The notes under the pieces: generated by a model
Seen by the model: only the letters and a program-made list of their open reading frames with translations
What the model was told of the DNA's origin: nothing
Databases searched by the model: none
DNA from: the human T2T-CHM13v2.0 reference genome, Homo sapiens
DNA: 64,000 nt
Reading direction: 5' to 3' (one strand)
NCBI RefSeq assembly: GCF_009914755.1
Contig: NC_060927.1
Program-made: the position numbers and the translations under genes
Shown here: one piece after another, positions 12,415 to 22,585 of the stretch
Layout: every line of letters begins with the position of its first letter
How positions within the stretch are numbered: the first letter of the stretch is position 1

Positions 12415-12693
12415 GCCACAGGCTGCCACATGGCAGGTGCCAGGCCAGCTCAGGCACACTGAATGCTCTGTATGGCTTATGCAGTGTTTAAAAGATTTAA
12501 AAAATAATTAGACTTGTATTAAAAAAAAAAAATGTGTACCTAGTGGCTCAGGTTCCCCTACCCTGCTTGGCAATAATTAACTGTAGCCAAAGCGTCTGCC
12601 CTATTCAGACAGAAGCCTGTGTGTGCTCTAGTTCCCAACAGTTTCCTTTTAATACTCCTTCTTATCCTTGGCCCATTTCTCTTAATTCATTGT
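12415..12693. mobile_element. MER102-like hAT DNA transposon remnant; the LTR7B inserted into it
   Basis: cagtgtttaaaagattt...tggcaataattaactgtagccaaagcgtctgccctattcagac...gctctagttcccaacagttt resembles recalled MER102 sequence and seems to resume briefly after 13091. Confidence 0.45.
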
Positions 12694-13086
12694 TGTCAGG
12701 CCTCTGAGCCCAAGCTAATCCATCATATCCCCTGTGACCTGCACGTATACATCCAGATGGCCTGAAGTAACTGAAGAATCACAAAAGAAGTGAAAATGGC
12801 CTGTTCCTGCCTTAACTGATGACATTACCTTGTGAAATTCCTTCTCCTGACTCAGAAGCTCCCCCACTGAGCACCTTGTGACCCCCGCCCCTGCCCACCA
12901 GAGAACAACCCCCTTTGACTGTGATTTTCCATTACCCACCCAAATCCTGTAAAACGGCCCCACCCCATCTGCCTTCCTTGACTCTCTTTTTGGACTCAGC
13001 CCGCCTGCACCCAGGTGATTAAAAAGCTTTATTGCTCACATAAAGCCTATTGGTTTGGTGGTCTCTTCACATGGACACGCGTGACA
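12694..13086 (+). mobile_element. Solo LTR of HERV-H, LTR7B-like
   Basis: Starts TGTCAGGCCTCTGAGCCCAAGCTAA and ends CACGCGTGACA. Internal ctgaagaatcacaaaagaagtgaaaatggcctgttcctgccttaactgatgacattaccttgtgaaattcc. Perfect 5-bp TSD ATTGT (12689-12693 and 13087-13091). Confidence 0.95.
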
Positions 13087-13259
13087 ATTGTTTTATGTGC
13101 CCAGCACATCACAGGTGTTCATTGAGGGCCAGAAACTAGTCACTTCACTACTGCTATAATCCTAGGGAGAGAGAATGGTGGTCTGAATTACAAGCAGTGA
13201 GAATAGAGAAAAGATATTCCAAAGAATCTGTCCTCTGAAATTAGGGGCTTTATTTATTT

Positions 13260-13450
13260 ATTGGAACACTTTCTATCTTGAACTGTAGTGATACGGGTAT
13301 ACATCTTACCTATTCTACTTGACTGACTGCATCCCCCTGAAGACACGTGTCAGGTGCCATGCCTGCCCTGTGATATCCCCAGCGCTGCCTAGCTGAATGG
13401 TGCATACATACCAGGCACGGGATGAATGTTGGTTGACTGATCATTCATTT
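13260..13450 (+). mobile_element. L2 3'-end fragment
   Basis: gactgcatccccctgaagac...atatccccagcgctgcctagc...catacataccaggcac...gatgaatgttggttgactga. Confidence 0.55.
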
Positions 13451-14252
13451 TAATCCTGAAACCTGGCGTTTATGTTTCCGCTACATTTAAAAGCTGGCAA
13501 AACACATCTCCTTCCCTCCCACTCACTCAATTAAAAGCTCAGTACATTAATTATCTGAATTAAAGTCAAGAGTCTGAGATATCCCTCCCAATTTATAAAG
13601 ACAGGGACGAGGTAAATTTTTTTCCCAAGTTGTAGGGACAGAAAGAAGACTAAAGAATGAGGACCTTACAGGCGAGCACGGGGCCAGCGAAGGATTCTGT
13701 TTTAAGATCATCTCCTGGTGCTCATTAGTGCTGTTGCTCTTCACCTGGGTGAGCGGGCTTGCTTCCATGGAGAAGAGACCTCCGCCAGCTCCTGCTGCAT
13801 TAACGGTCTCCGAATGTGATTTGGCGGCAGCACGGGTCTCATTAGAGTGGGGGATGTGCAAAGGCAGAAGGCCTCACTTTGAGAAAACACTTTGCGTATG
13901 AACAAAGGTGGAAAGATGTCAGGCTTTTAAAGGGAACCTGCATCTCGCTCCTCACTTAGCAAAGTCATCAGGAGATTCTGCTAAGTAAAGAAGTTCTGGA
14001 CCTTTTCAAGCTATTAAAGGTGACCCAACAAAGCAAAATGGCTTTGTTCCCCAAATTTCTTTTTGTCAGTTGCCTTGAACAACCAAGCCTGAACGAAACA
14101 GCCTAAGGGAGATTGCCAGGTAATAATAAATCCCTATTTGCTTCAGTAAAGGACATCTCAAAGAAGGGATAAAATAAAAAATATCAGAATTAAAGAGGCA
14201 CAAAAAACCCTGAACATCCGGGGCATGTAGATGCTCGGTAGCAATGAATGTA

Positions 14253-14332
14253 TTAGGTTGGTGCAAAAGTAATAGCGATTTTCGCCATTACTTTCAATGG
14301 CAAAAACTGCAATTACTTCTGCGCCAACATAA
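14253..14332. mobile_element. MADE1 (Hsmar1-derived mariner MITE), complete 80 bp
   Basis: ttaggttggtgcaaaagtaatagcgattttcgccatt-actttc-aatggcaaaaactgcaattacttctgcgccaacataa: two 37-bp inverted arms, a 6-bp spacer and TA TSDs at 14251-14252 and 14333-14334. Confidence 0.95.
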
Positions 14333-14735
14333 TACTTGGGGCCTGGTTCTCAGGGGTAGGGCTTCCAGCATTTTAAGTAGCAGTCTGCCATCAGGCAAGA
14401 TGTGCATATTCATCATTGATGTGGCTTGATCATGACATATTCTGTTTTCTTGAGCAAGGAAAGAACTCAGCAACATCTCGCAGAGCGACCATCAGGTTAT
14501 GTCCTTGTCTCTGGTTCATTTGAGGAGAGTAGGAAATTATGAAACCCACAAGAAGAGTTTATGGCTCCTCCTCACACTCCTACACTTAAATCCAGGAAGA
14601 GACTGCCAGGCGTCGGTCAAGTTTGAAGATATTTAATGGACTATGCATTATCTACACTGCCCCATTTCAAGGTCAATAGCTGTCTGTCTCTTTATCCCAT
14701 AAGGCTAGGTTTTCCCTTGAAGAAGAAGGTACTGC

Positions 14736-15102
14736 TGTTACTGGTAGAGGGTGCCTATGTTCTTGGCATCTTGAAGAACTGGACAAAATGCGCAAACAAA
14801 GCAAGGAAAGAATGAAGCAACAAAAGCAGAGATTTATTGAAAATGAAAGTACACTCCACAGGGTGGGAGTGGGCCCGAGCATAGGGGCTCAAGGGCCCCG
14901 TTACAGAATTTTTGGGGGTCTAAATAGCCTCTAGAGGTTTCCATTGGTTACTGGGTGTATGCCCTATGTAAATGAAGAGGATGAAGTAAAGTTATGAAGT
15001 CATTTACTTGGCGTATGCCCTATGGAGAGGATAGCCCCTGTCATAGCTCAAGTGTGAATCAGCCTTATGTTCCCTGCCTGCAGACCCTATTTTCCTGTCT
15101 CA
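14736..15102 (-). mobile_element. Solo ERV1 LTR, MER61(A)-like
   Basis: Reverse complement starts TGAGACAGGAAAATAGGGTCTGCAGGCAGGGAACATAAGGCTGATTCACAC and ends CCAGTAACA. AATAAA and CCAAT are on the minus strand. 4-bp TSD CTGC (14732-14735 and 15103-15106). Confidence 0.85.
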
Positions 15103-15660
15103 CTGCCACTTGGGTCTCCTGAGAAGGCCCTTTGCTGACTCTGCCTTCTGGGAACTGGCAAGTCAGGTGATCTCTGGAGCTGCCCCACGGTAGAAAGTGC
15201 AGAGCGAACAGCCGAGGACTGTCATGCACTAAGCATTTGGGGAAACCACCCTTTCTCCCAGGTTGGTGGGCTCTCTCGAGACAGGTACCTGTACTTACTT
15301 GGTATTGGAGTGCTCTAATCTTAGAGTCTAGTGTAGGCTTCAGGGGAGAGGGAGCTAAGGCGGCCATTCTGTTTGCTTTGTTTCCAGGCCTTGGGTTTGT
15401 CTCTAGAGGGAGAAAGAGTCCTCCTCTGTCTAGCTTGAAGCAGTGGGAGGCTGTATGGGGCACGGAATAAGAAACTCAAAGTGTCCCTTTCCGGCGTGTC
15501 CTGCTCTGTGGGCACTTACTCCTTCAGAGCTTGTGAAGACAGAGATAAAGGTCAGTCAAGCCCAGGACCAGGTGTTGGGATTGTTCTTATCCCCAAGTTT
15601 TCTAATTTCACTAGGAATATTAAAGGCAATTTAATGCAATCTGCATTTTAAAGATAAAAG

Positions 15661-15940
15661 TGATGGAGTTCAGGACATGCTTCCCCAAAATATGGCACCT
15701 TGGCATAGTGAATATTTTCAGCTAAAGGAATGTGAGAAGGTAACAGAAGTAGGAAGGTCTTTCTGACTGTTCGCTCCCTGTTTGTCCTTGCGGCAGGTTA
15801 GAAGACCCTCATTGGAGAGGTGCCCTGAAGAAAGGAATGTTCTTATCTCTGAAGACAAAGGGTCACAGAGAAGAATCTGAACAAAACTCTGTGCTAAGTG
15901 TCCCCAGTTTATTGCCATTAGACTACATCCTTTTTGACCT
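15661..15940 (+). mobile_element. ERV1 LTR, MER31-like, 3'-truncated
   Basis: tgatggagttcaggacatgcttccccaaaatatggcaccttggcatag...gaaaggaatgttcttatctctgaagacaaagggtcacagagaagaatctgaacaaa. Confidence 0.75.
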
Positions 15941-15999
15941 AGAAGCTCCACCTTCAAAGTTTTTAGGTAGCCATGACCAGTCTAACTGTAGAAATGGAA

Positions 16000-16190
16000 T
16001 GGAACATTGGAAAGACTGTAAACTTGGAGCTCTAAGAACTAGGTTCAGTTTCCTCCACTTATCAGCTTTGTGGCCAGAGTCAAATTTTGCCTCTCTGTGC
16101 CTCAGTTACCTTACTACAAAATTAGGACTATTCTGAGGCTTCAATGAGGGTTAACCATGTACTGAGCATGATGCTGGGTATGCTACTCTG
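16000..16190 (+). mobile_element. MIR fragment
   Basis: aacttggagctctaagaactaggttc...cctctctgtgcctcagttaccttactacaaaatt. Confidence 0.6.
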
Positions 16191-16245
16191 TAGACACTAC
16201 TTCTCTCCCCTCTCCTCTTTGGTGACTTTTAAAGATCATGGGGAA

Positions 16246-16534
<289 letters not shown>

Positions 16535-16569
16535 AAAGATCATGGGGAATAATCTACATGAAAATGGAT

Positions 16570-16790
16570 GTTGTAAAGCCTAGGACATTACATGTGTTAT
16601 GTGGCAAGAGGGGTAAATGGTAGAGTTAATTTTTAGGCCTCTCTTAAGCCTCACAATGGTTCTAATTTTGTAATAAGGTAACTGAGGCACAGGGAGACAA
16701 ACACTTGACTATGGCCACAAAGCTGATAAATGGAAGAAACTGAACCTAGTTCTTAGAGCTCTAAATTTATACTCTTTCCAATGCTTCGTT
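16570..16790 (-). mobile_element. MIR fragment
   Basis: aataaggtaactgaggcacagggagac...cttgactatggccacaaagctgataaatggaagaaactgaacctag. Confidence 0.6.
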
Positions 16791-16952
16791 CCACTTCTAC
16801 AGTTAGACTGGTCATGGCTACCTCAAAACCTTGAATGTGGAGCTTCTAGATCCCCAGCGGCAATTCCCATCAAGGAGAATTTTGCCTGCTTGACTCTCTC
16901 CTACCATCCACAGTCATTGTTACTGCAAGTGAGTTAAAGCAGTTGAGCAAAT

Positions 16953-17084
16953 CATATATATATATATGGGTACAGGGTTTATATATATATATACATATAT
17001 ATGTATACATATATATGTGTATATATATGTATATACATATGTATATATGTGTATATACATATGTATATACATATATATGTGTAT
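16953..17084. repeat. (TA)n with TG/CA variants, alternating purine-pyrimidine tract
   Basis: catatatatatatatg, then a strictly alternating RY run from 16980 to 17084. Confidence 0.95.
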
Positions 17085-17789
17085 CTCCCCAGTGTATGGG
17101 GTTAGAATGCAGCTGTGGAACATGGGGGTGTCCTCTTAGTGACTCAAACCAAATTATCACTGGAGAAACAATGAGAACAACAAAATCAAATGCAAACCAC
17201 CAAAATACAAGTGTAGTCCTCATATCAAGAAAAAGATAAGGGAAAGATCTTCAGAAAGCCCCTCTATTAATTATTTAGTCTCAGCTCAGACAGTTCCAGA
17301 AACAGAACAGTGATAAACAGGACCATTGCCATACTTCTGGAGATGAGGAAAACACCAGAATAGAAATCTTCAGTGGGCTAGTATGGGACTCTGGCTGTGA
17401 TCCCTCTCTTATCCAAAATTCTGCTAAGGGACTTGCCTGAGAACACACACAGATTTCTCTATGAGAGCAAAATAAGAGATATATACATAGGTTAGATAAT
17501 GCAATGAAGATCAAAAATTACATTTTGGAATGTTGTATTCCATCTTATGGGGCAGCATTTAATCAGGATCCTAGTGCAATCTTCCATCTGGAGCCCCAAA
17601 TCCAATGTCACACATTGCGGGTTGGGGTGCGGAAGATCTAGCTTAACCCTAGTGAGGAAGATGTCCTGCCTGGTTAACTTCCAGCTCAGTGGGTATTAGT
17701 AGCATAGCAGGGATGCCAAACAGGAACACACTATGGGGTGTCATCAGCAAGAATAAGGTCCAGAGCTATGTGGTGGGTTAGAAGTCTGA

Positions 17790-17945
17790 AAGTCAGAAAA
17801 GGCTTTGGAAGCCCTCTTGTCTTCCATTTTACAGGTGAAGAAACTGAGGCTGAATGATTTGTTTACCATTCAGGTTACACAGAGAGTTAAAGTCAGGACC
17901 CAGACCTTCCAAGTCCCAGGCCAAAGCAGGTGATTATTCTGTAGC
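17790..17945 (-). mobile_element. MIR/MIR3 fragment
   Basis: ccattttacaggtgaagaaactgaggctgaatgatttg...caggttacacagagag...aggacccagaccttcc. Confidence 0.7.
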
Positions 17946-18256
17946 ATGTGCTGTCCATATTCCTCGGCAGCAGTATATCCCAGCAGCAGCATAATTTCAG
18001 AAAAGGAATGAGAAAAGGGGATATATCCATTGGAGGGTACCCAGGATCAGGGGTTTCAAAGATGCACAATTCTGGGACACAGGGTGAGTAGTCATGAGAA
18101 GTGGAGATATGGGGTGGGGGTGCGTGATGGTTTCCGCAAACACAGGAGAAAGAAACATTAACAACGTGGGCCGTGGAAAAGGAATTAAACTTGTTTGGTT
18201 TCATGGAGCAGGTAGATAACTAGTGGGTGGATCGGAAGAAAGCAATTTATATGTCT

Positions 18257-18547
18257 GTGGTGAAACATACACACATAACGTAAAATCCACCATTTAGCCA
18301 TTTTAAAGTATATCGTTCAGTGGCATTTAGTGCATTCAACAGTGTTGTGCAAACATCACCGCTACCTAGTTTCAGAACATTTTCATTATCCCGAAGGGAA
18401 ACCCTGCACCCATTAAGTGGTAACTCCCCTTTCCCCTACCCCCCCAGTCCCTGGCAACCACTTATCTGCTTTCTGTCTCTATCAATTTGCCTATTATGGA
18501 TATTTCATAGAAATGGAATCATACAATATGTGGCCTTTAGTGTCTGG
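18257..18547 (-). mobile_element. L1MB-type 3'-UTR fragment
   Basis: gtggtgaaacatac...ccattttaaagtatatcgttcagtggcatttag...ccctggcaaccacttatctgctttctgtctctat...aaatggaatcatacaatatgtggcc. Confidence 0.85.
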
Positions 18548-19456
18548 GGAAGCAGATGCTTTTTTAACATAATGAAAATTGCAGGATGAAGAGTGTGGTT
18601 TGAAAGGGGGCTTGGTAATGACTTAGGATGCTTGAATTCAGGCCAAGGCTAGAAGTCCACATGGTAGGGATATTGCGGAGGGGCCTCTGAACAAGAAGTG
18701 GGCTTGAAAGGCTGGCTCTTCAGGGCTTTTCTGACCTGGAGATGGAGGCCCTCTCTGACAAGCCCCTGGGACTATCTCCCTTTTTCCCCACAACCCCACC
18801 TCTGCCAGTGATGACCAGTCTCTACCCTACGGTAAAACTCAGGTCCAACCACGTCCACTCCTTTTGCTAATTTCCCCTCTTTTCATTCTCCTCCCACCTC
18901 CGGGTCTGTTGACACTTGCTTGCCAATTTGCCTGACACACTGCAGACAATCTTCTCACTCAAGCATGTTTGACCTGAACATACAGCTTTCTGCTGAGCTG
19001 ATCTGGAGTTTCAGTTGGCCGTTTGGGCAGCCAGACATGAATTAAGAACAGGGATAAACAAGGATGGCTTGAGCTTTAACTACACCGATTTGGCCCAATA
19101 GGCTCGGGGATAATCTATAAGACCTAACAGCTGAGGGCAATAAAATTAGCTACAAAGGGACTGCGGGGTAGAAACAATGTCTTCTGATACTTCACACAAC
19201 ACACACTCACACACAAAAGACACCAAAAACTCTCCGACAGAAGCCTTACAACAGCTTAGAGGAGAGGCATTGTGCTTGAAAAACTATATTTTAAAAAGCA
19301 GAGAGGAAACCCACGGTGACTGAAGTATCATTTTCCCGGTGGTGATCATGGATTTCATCCCAAGACCTGGAAATCATGTTAGAACTACAGTATCAGCCCA
19401 GCTTTGTGTCTAGGGCTTAAACTTGAAATGTTGTTTACATAAATAGTTAAGGAACA

Positions 19457-19870
19457 CATACTGGGTTGAAGAGTGTGCTCTCCAAAAATGCATGTCCACC
19501 TAGAGCCTCAGAATGTGACCTTATTTGGAAAGAGGTCTTGGGAGATGTTATTAGTCAAGATGAGGTCATACTGGATTAGAATGGGCCCTAAATTCCGTGA
19601 CTGGTGTCCTTATAAGGACATCAACGGAGGGCAGAAGGCCATGTGAAGACAAAGCGGACACTAGAGTGAATCTGCTGTAAGCCAAAGAAGGCCAAAGATT
19701 GCGGAAAGGAAGGATTCTTCCCCAGAACTTTCAGAGAGAGCATGATTCTGCTGACACTTTAGTTTTGGACATCCAGCATCTTGAACTGGGAGGGAATGCA
19801 TTTTGGTTGTTTTATGCCACTCATGTTGTGCCAATTTGTTACAGCAGTCCTAGGAAGCTAACATAATACA
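19457..19870 (+). mobile_element. MLT1C-like MaLR solo LTR
   Basis: gggttgaagagtgtg...cagaatgtgaccttatttggaa...agatgaggtcatactggattaga...ttgttacagcagtcctaggaagcta...taca. Confidence 0.85.
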
Positions 19871-22364
19871 CTCCCAATTCCCTCTTCTTTTATACAATTG
19901 TACAACCCTATTTGAAACATGGAAAAGGCTCTTAGTTCTCACAAAAAAATCTCATTATATTTGGAGTTCAACTTCTGAACACGGGTTTAGAAACAAATAG
20001 GGTCTGATTTCACTGATTTTCAAAGGGCTTTCTTTGTAATGACTGGGGTTTGTTTTATTTGTTTGCTTGTTTCCAGGAGAAGAGAAGATTGGCCTCAGAC
20101 ACTTCCGTCTTCAGACCTGTGCCTCTCCTTTGAGGATCCCTTCCCCGAAGCTGCCAAGGAGAACCTTCCCTCACATTGTTCCTCCTTTGTTCCCCGCTCT
20201 CCTTTTCCAGGCTGAGAGACCTGGGGCCTTGGAAGCAAGCACACGCTGGCTGAGCTGTGATTCCTCCATGTTGATTATAATTTTTATCACATTATATGGG
20301 ATCCCTCTGGTGGTTACTAGGGGATACGTCAGTTTTGAGAGATTGGAACCTAACCAAAGAAGCTTCAAATCTAGAGGATAAGGGGACTCAGAGTTTACAA
20401 GTCACAGCAAGCAGATGCTGGTCTGCTTTAGGTGCCTCTTACGGGGATTGTGAGAGGGCTCCTGGGGCCTGAGGAGGGTCTTCTGAGGTGTGAAAGGCTG
20501 TACTGGTGGTCCCTGAAAGCCATCGTCATTTGTGTGAGGAGGAGTACTGGAGGAGCTGTCTTACCACATGAAAAACAGCATGGAGCATCCCAGCCACATC
20601 AAAGGCACGGTTTGAGCCTTGGGCTGTAGAGGCTCAGAGAGAGTGACAAATAAGACCCTGGTGAGAGACCAATGGGGACAGTATTTCCAGACTTTGGCAT
20701 GAAACAGATTTCTGAGCACCTCATGAAATGTCTGCAAGGGCAGCTCCTCAGAGTGACCCTCCCAAATCAATCAAAGCTGGCCCCCTATCTTAATTATGAC
20801 TTACAAATAGAAGCATGCACCTGGCTGGATGCAGTTTGCCACATGGTTTACAATAGCGGTAGAATAAGAAATAACTTACCAAACGAGTACATTTTCTTGG
20901 CTGGCTGGGGCACTCAGAGTTGACACTGGTAAGGCTCCATTAAAATGCCTTTATGTTCTGATATACACAGATGTGTTAATTTATAGCATATTCATCAGAA
21001 GACATAAATTAATTGCTCTCTGATGAATTTTATAACACCTCCTTTATGCCTCTCCACCCTCCCCCTCCAAAGTACACTGAAAAGGTCAACAGCACTATCG
21101 AATGCAGCACACTTCAACTTCCTTCCAAGCTTATAATTAAAGCTAATTAGTAGCTTTGGTAATTAGCGCATGTAAGCTTTCTGCTTTCTGAATTAATAAG
21201 ACTGAGTCAGGTTTTGAGCCAAGTAGACTTTTCACTCACTGGTTCTGATTCTTGAACTGTGTTTGGCTGGTTAATTTAAAACATGTCTGTTGAAAGTGGA
21301 ATACTAGAAAGAAAACATACTTGTGATGGTCTGCTCTCAAGCCAGTGTGATTTATGAACAGGCCAAAGTGGAACTGTTGTCACAAGAGAAAATCAGAATG
21401 CTCTGGGTTTCCAATAACTGACCAGTCTCAACCTCTCAGTGTGAAATGAGTTGTGCCCAGTTACTATGTCACATGGACACAACACAACGTCAAGGATGCC
21501 CTTGCACACTTATGTCACCCTCTCATAACACATCTGTACTAAGCACATCAAATCCTCTTTATTTTAGGAGAATGCAGAGGCAATGGCAGTGGGGTGCCAA
21601 GATATAACTAACTGCTCATTTTGATTCAAATAAAAATCAAAGAGGAGAAAAATCATTAGTCAAATCAGCTTCTGCTTTTGTGTAGACAAAGTGATTCTCC
21701 AAATAGCTTCGTGTTTCTTTTTTTAGCCAGCATGTGGGCATCCTGCATGCCCAGACAGAATTAAAAGTGCATGTTTTAAAATCAAGAAATCAAATCTATA
21801 TTCTATTAAAAGAAAAAATGTGATTTGTTTTCAGACTTTAGAAACAGTTGGGATAAAAATTTCCACGGGTGAGCTCATTTGCTTTTTCTTTTCCCATACT
21901 AATCTCAGAAAATTTATTTTTGTTTTTTAAAGAAAGAAAGGAAGGAAGAAAAAGAAAATCACTTAGTGATTTACTGGACTCCTTATAAGTCCAGGACAAT
22001 GGTGGGGGTTGCTCACAGCGCTAGTAATTTTGATACATAAAGAAAAGGAAACAGTCACTGCTGCAGAGAGAGGAATATATAAGACAGCTCTGGGTCACTA
22101 GAGTAAATGGTTTTCATTTTAATGGCGCACTTACTGCCACTGTGATAGCCACATTTGGATCTGTAAGGGGCAGTTAATACTATTCAAGAGCAAGGCACAT
22201 TTGGTCTTGTGGATGGCTGTGATTGTGAAGGTGACAAGGGGTTATGGATTCCCACAGCCTCACAGGCCCAGCTGAATAGGAAGCCTTGTGCCCCCTTGGC
22301 AGCTCATCCTACCCCGTGGCAGCTCATCCTACCTAGGTGGATACACTCCAGTAAGATCTATACA

Positions 22365-22585
22365 CAGTGGTTCTCAACTGGGGGAGATTCTGCCCCCAGG
22401 GGATACTTGGCAATGTTTGGCACAGTTTTGATTGTCATAACTGGTGGGAGAGGGTAGATGCTACTGGCATCTAGTGAGCAGAGACTAGGAATGTTGCCAA
22501 ACGATCAGCCATGCACACGACAGTCACTCCTCAACAAAGATGATCTGGCCCCACAGGATACTAGTGCCAATGTCATGGAACCCTG
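22365..22585 (+). mobile_element. MER20 (hAT-Charlie MITE)
   Basis: cagtggttctcaactgggggagattctgcccccaggggatacttggcaatgt...gctactggcatctagtg...aaccctg. Confidence 0.9.

Noticed and set aside
14940-15030. p53 response element in the MER61-type LTR
   Set aside because: Some MER61 subfamilies carry p53 sites, but the candidate half-sites here read GGGCATACAC and GGGCATACGC on the minus strand and lack the CWWG core.
16870-17239. ORFs rich in Y/I/H/C/M
   Set aside because: They are translations of the (TA)n-type microsatellite.
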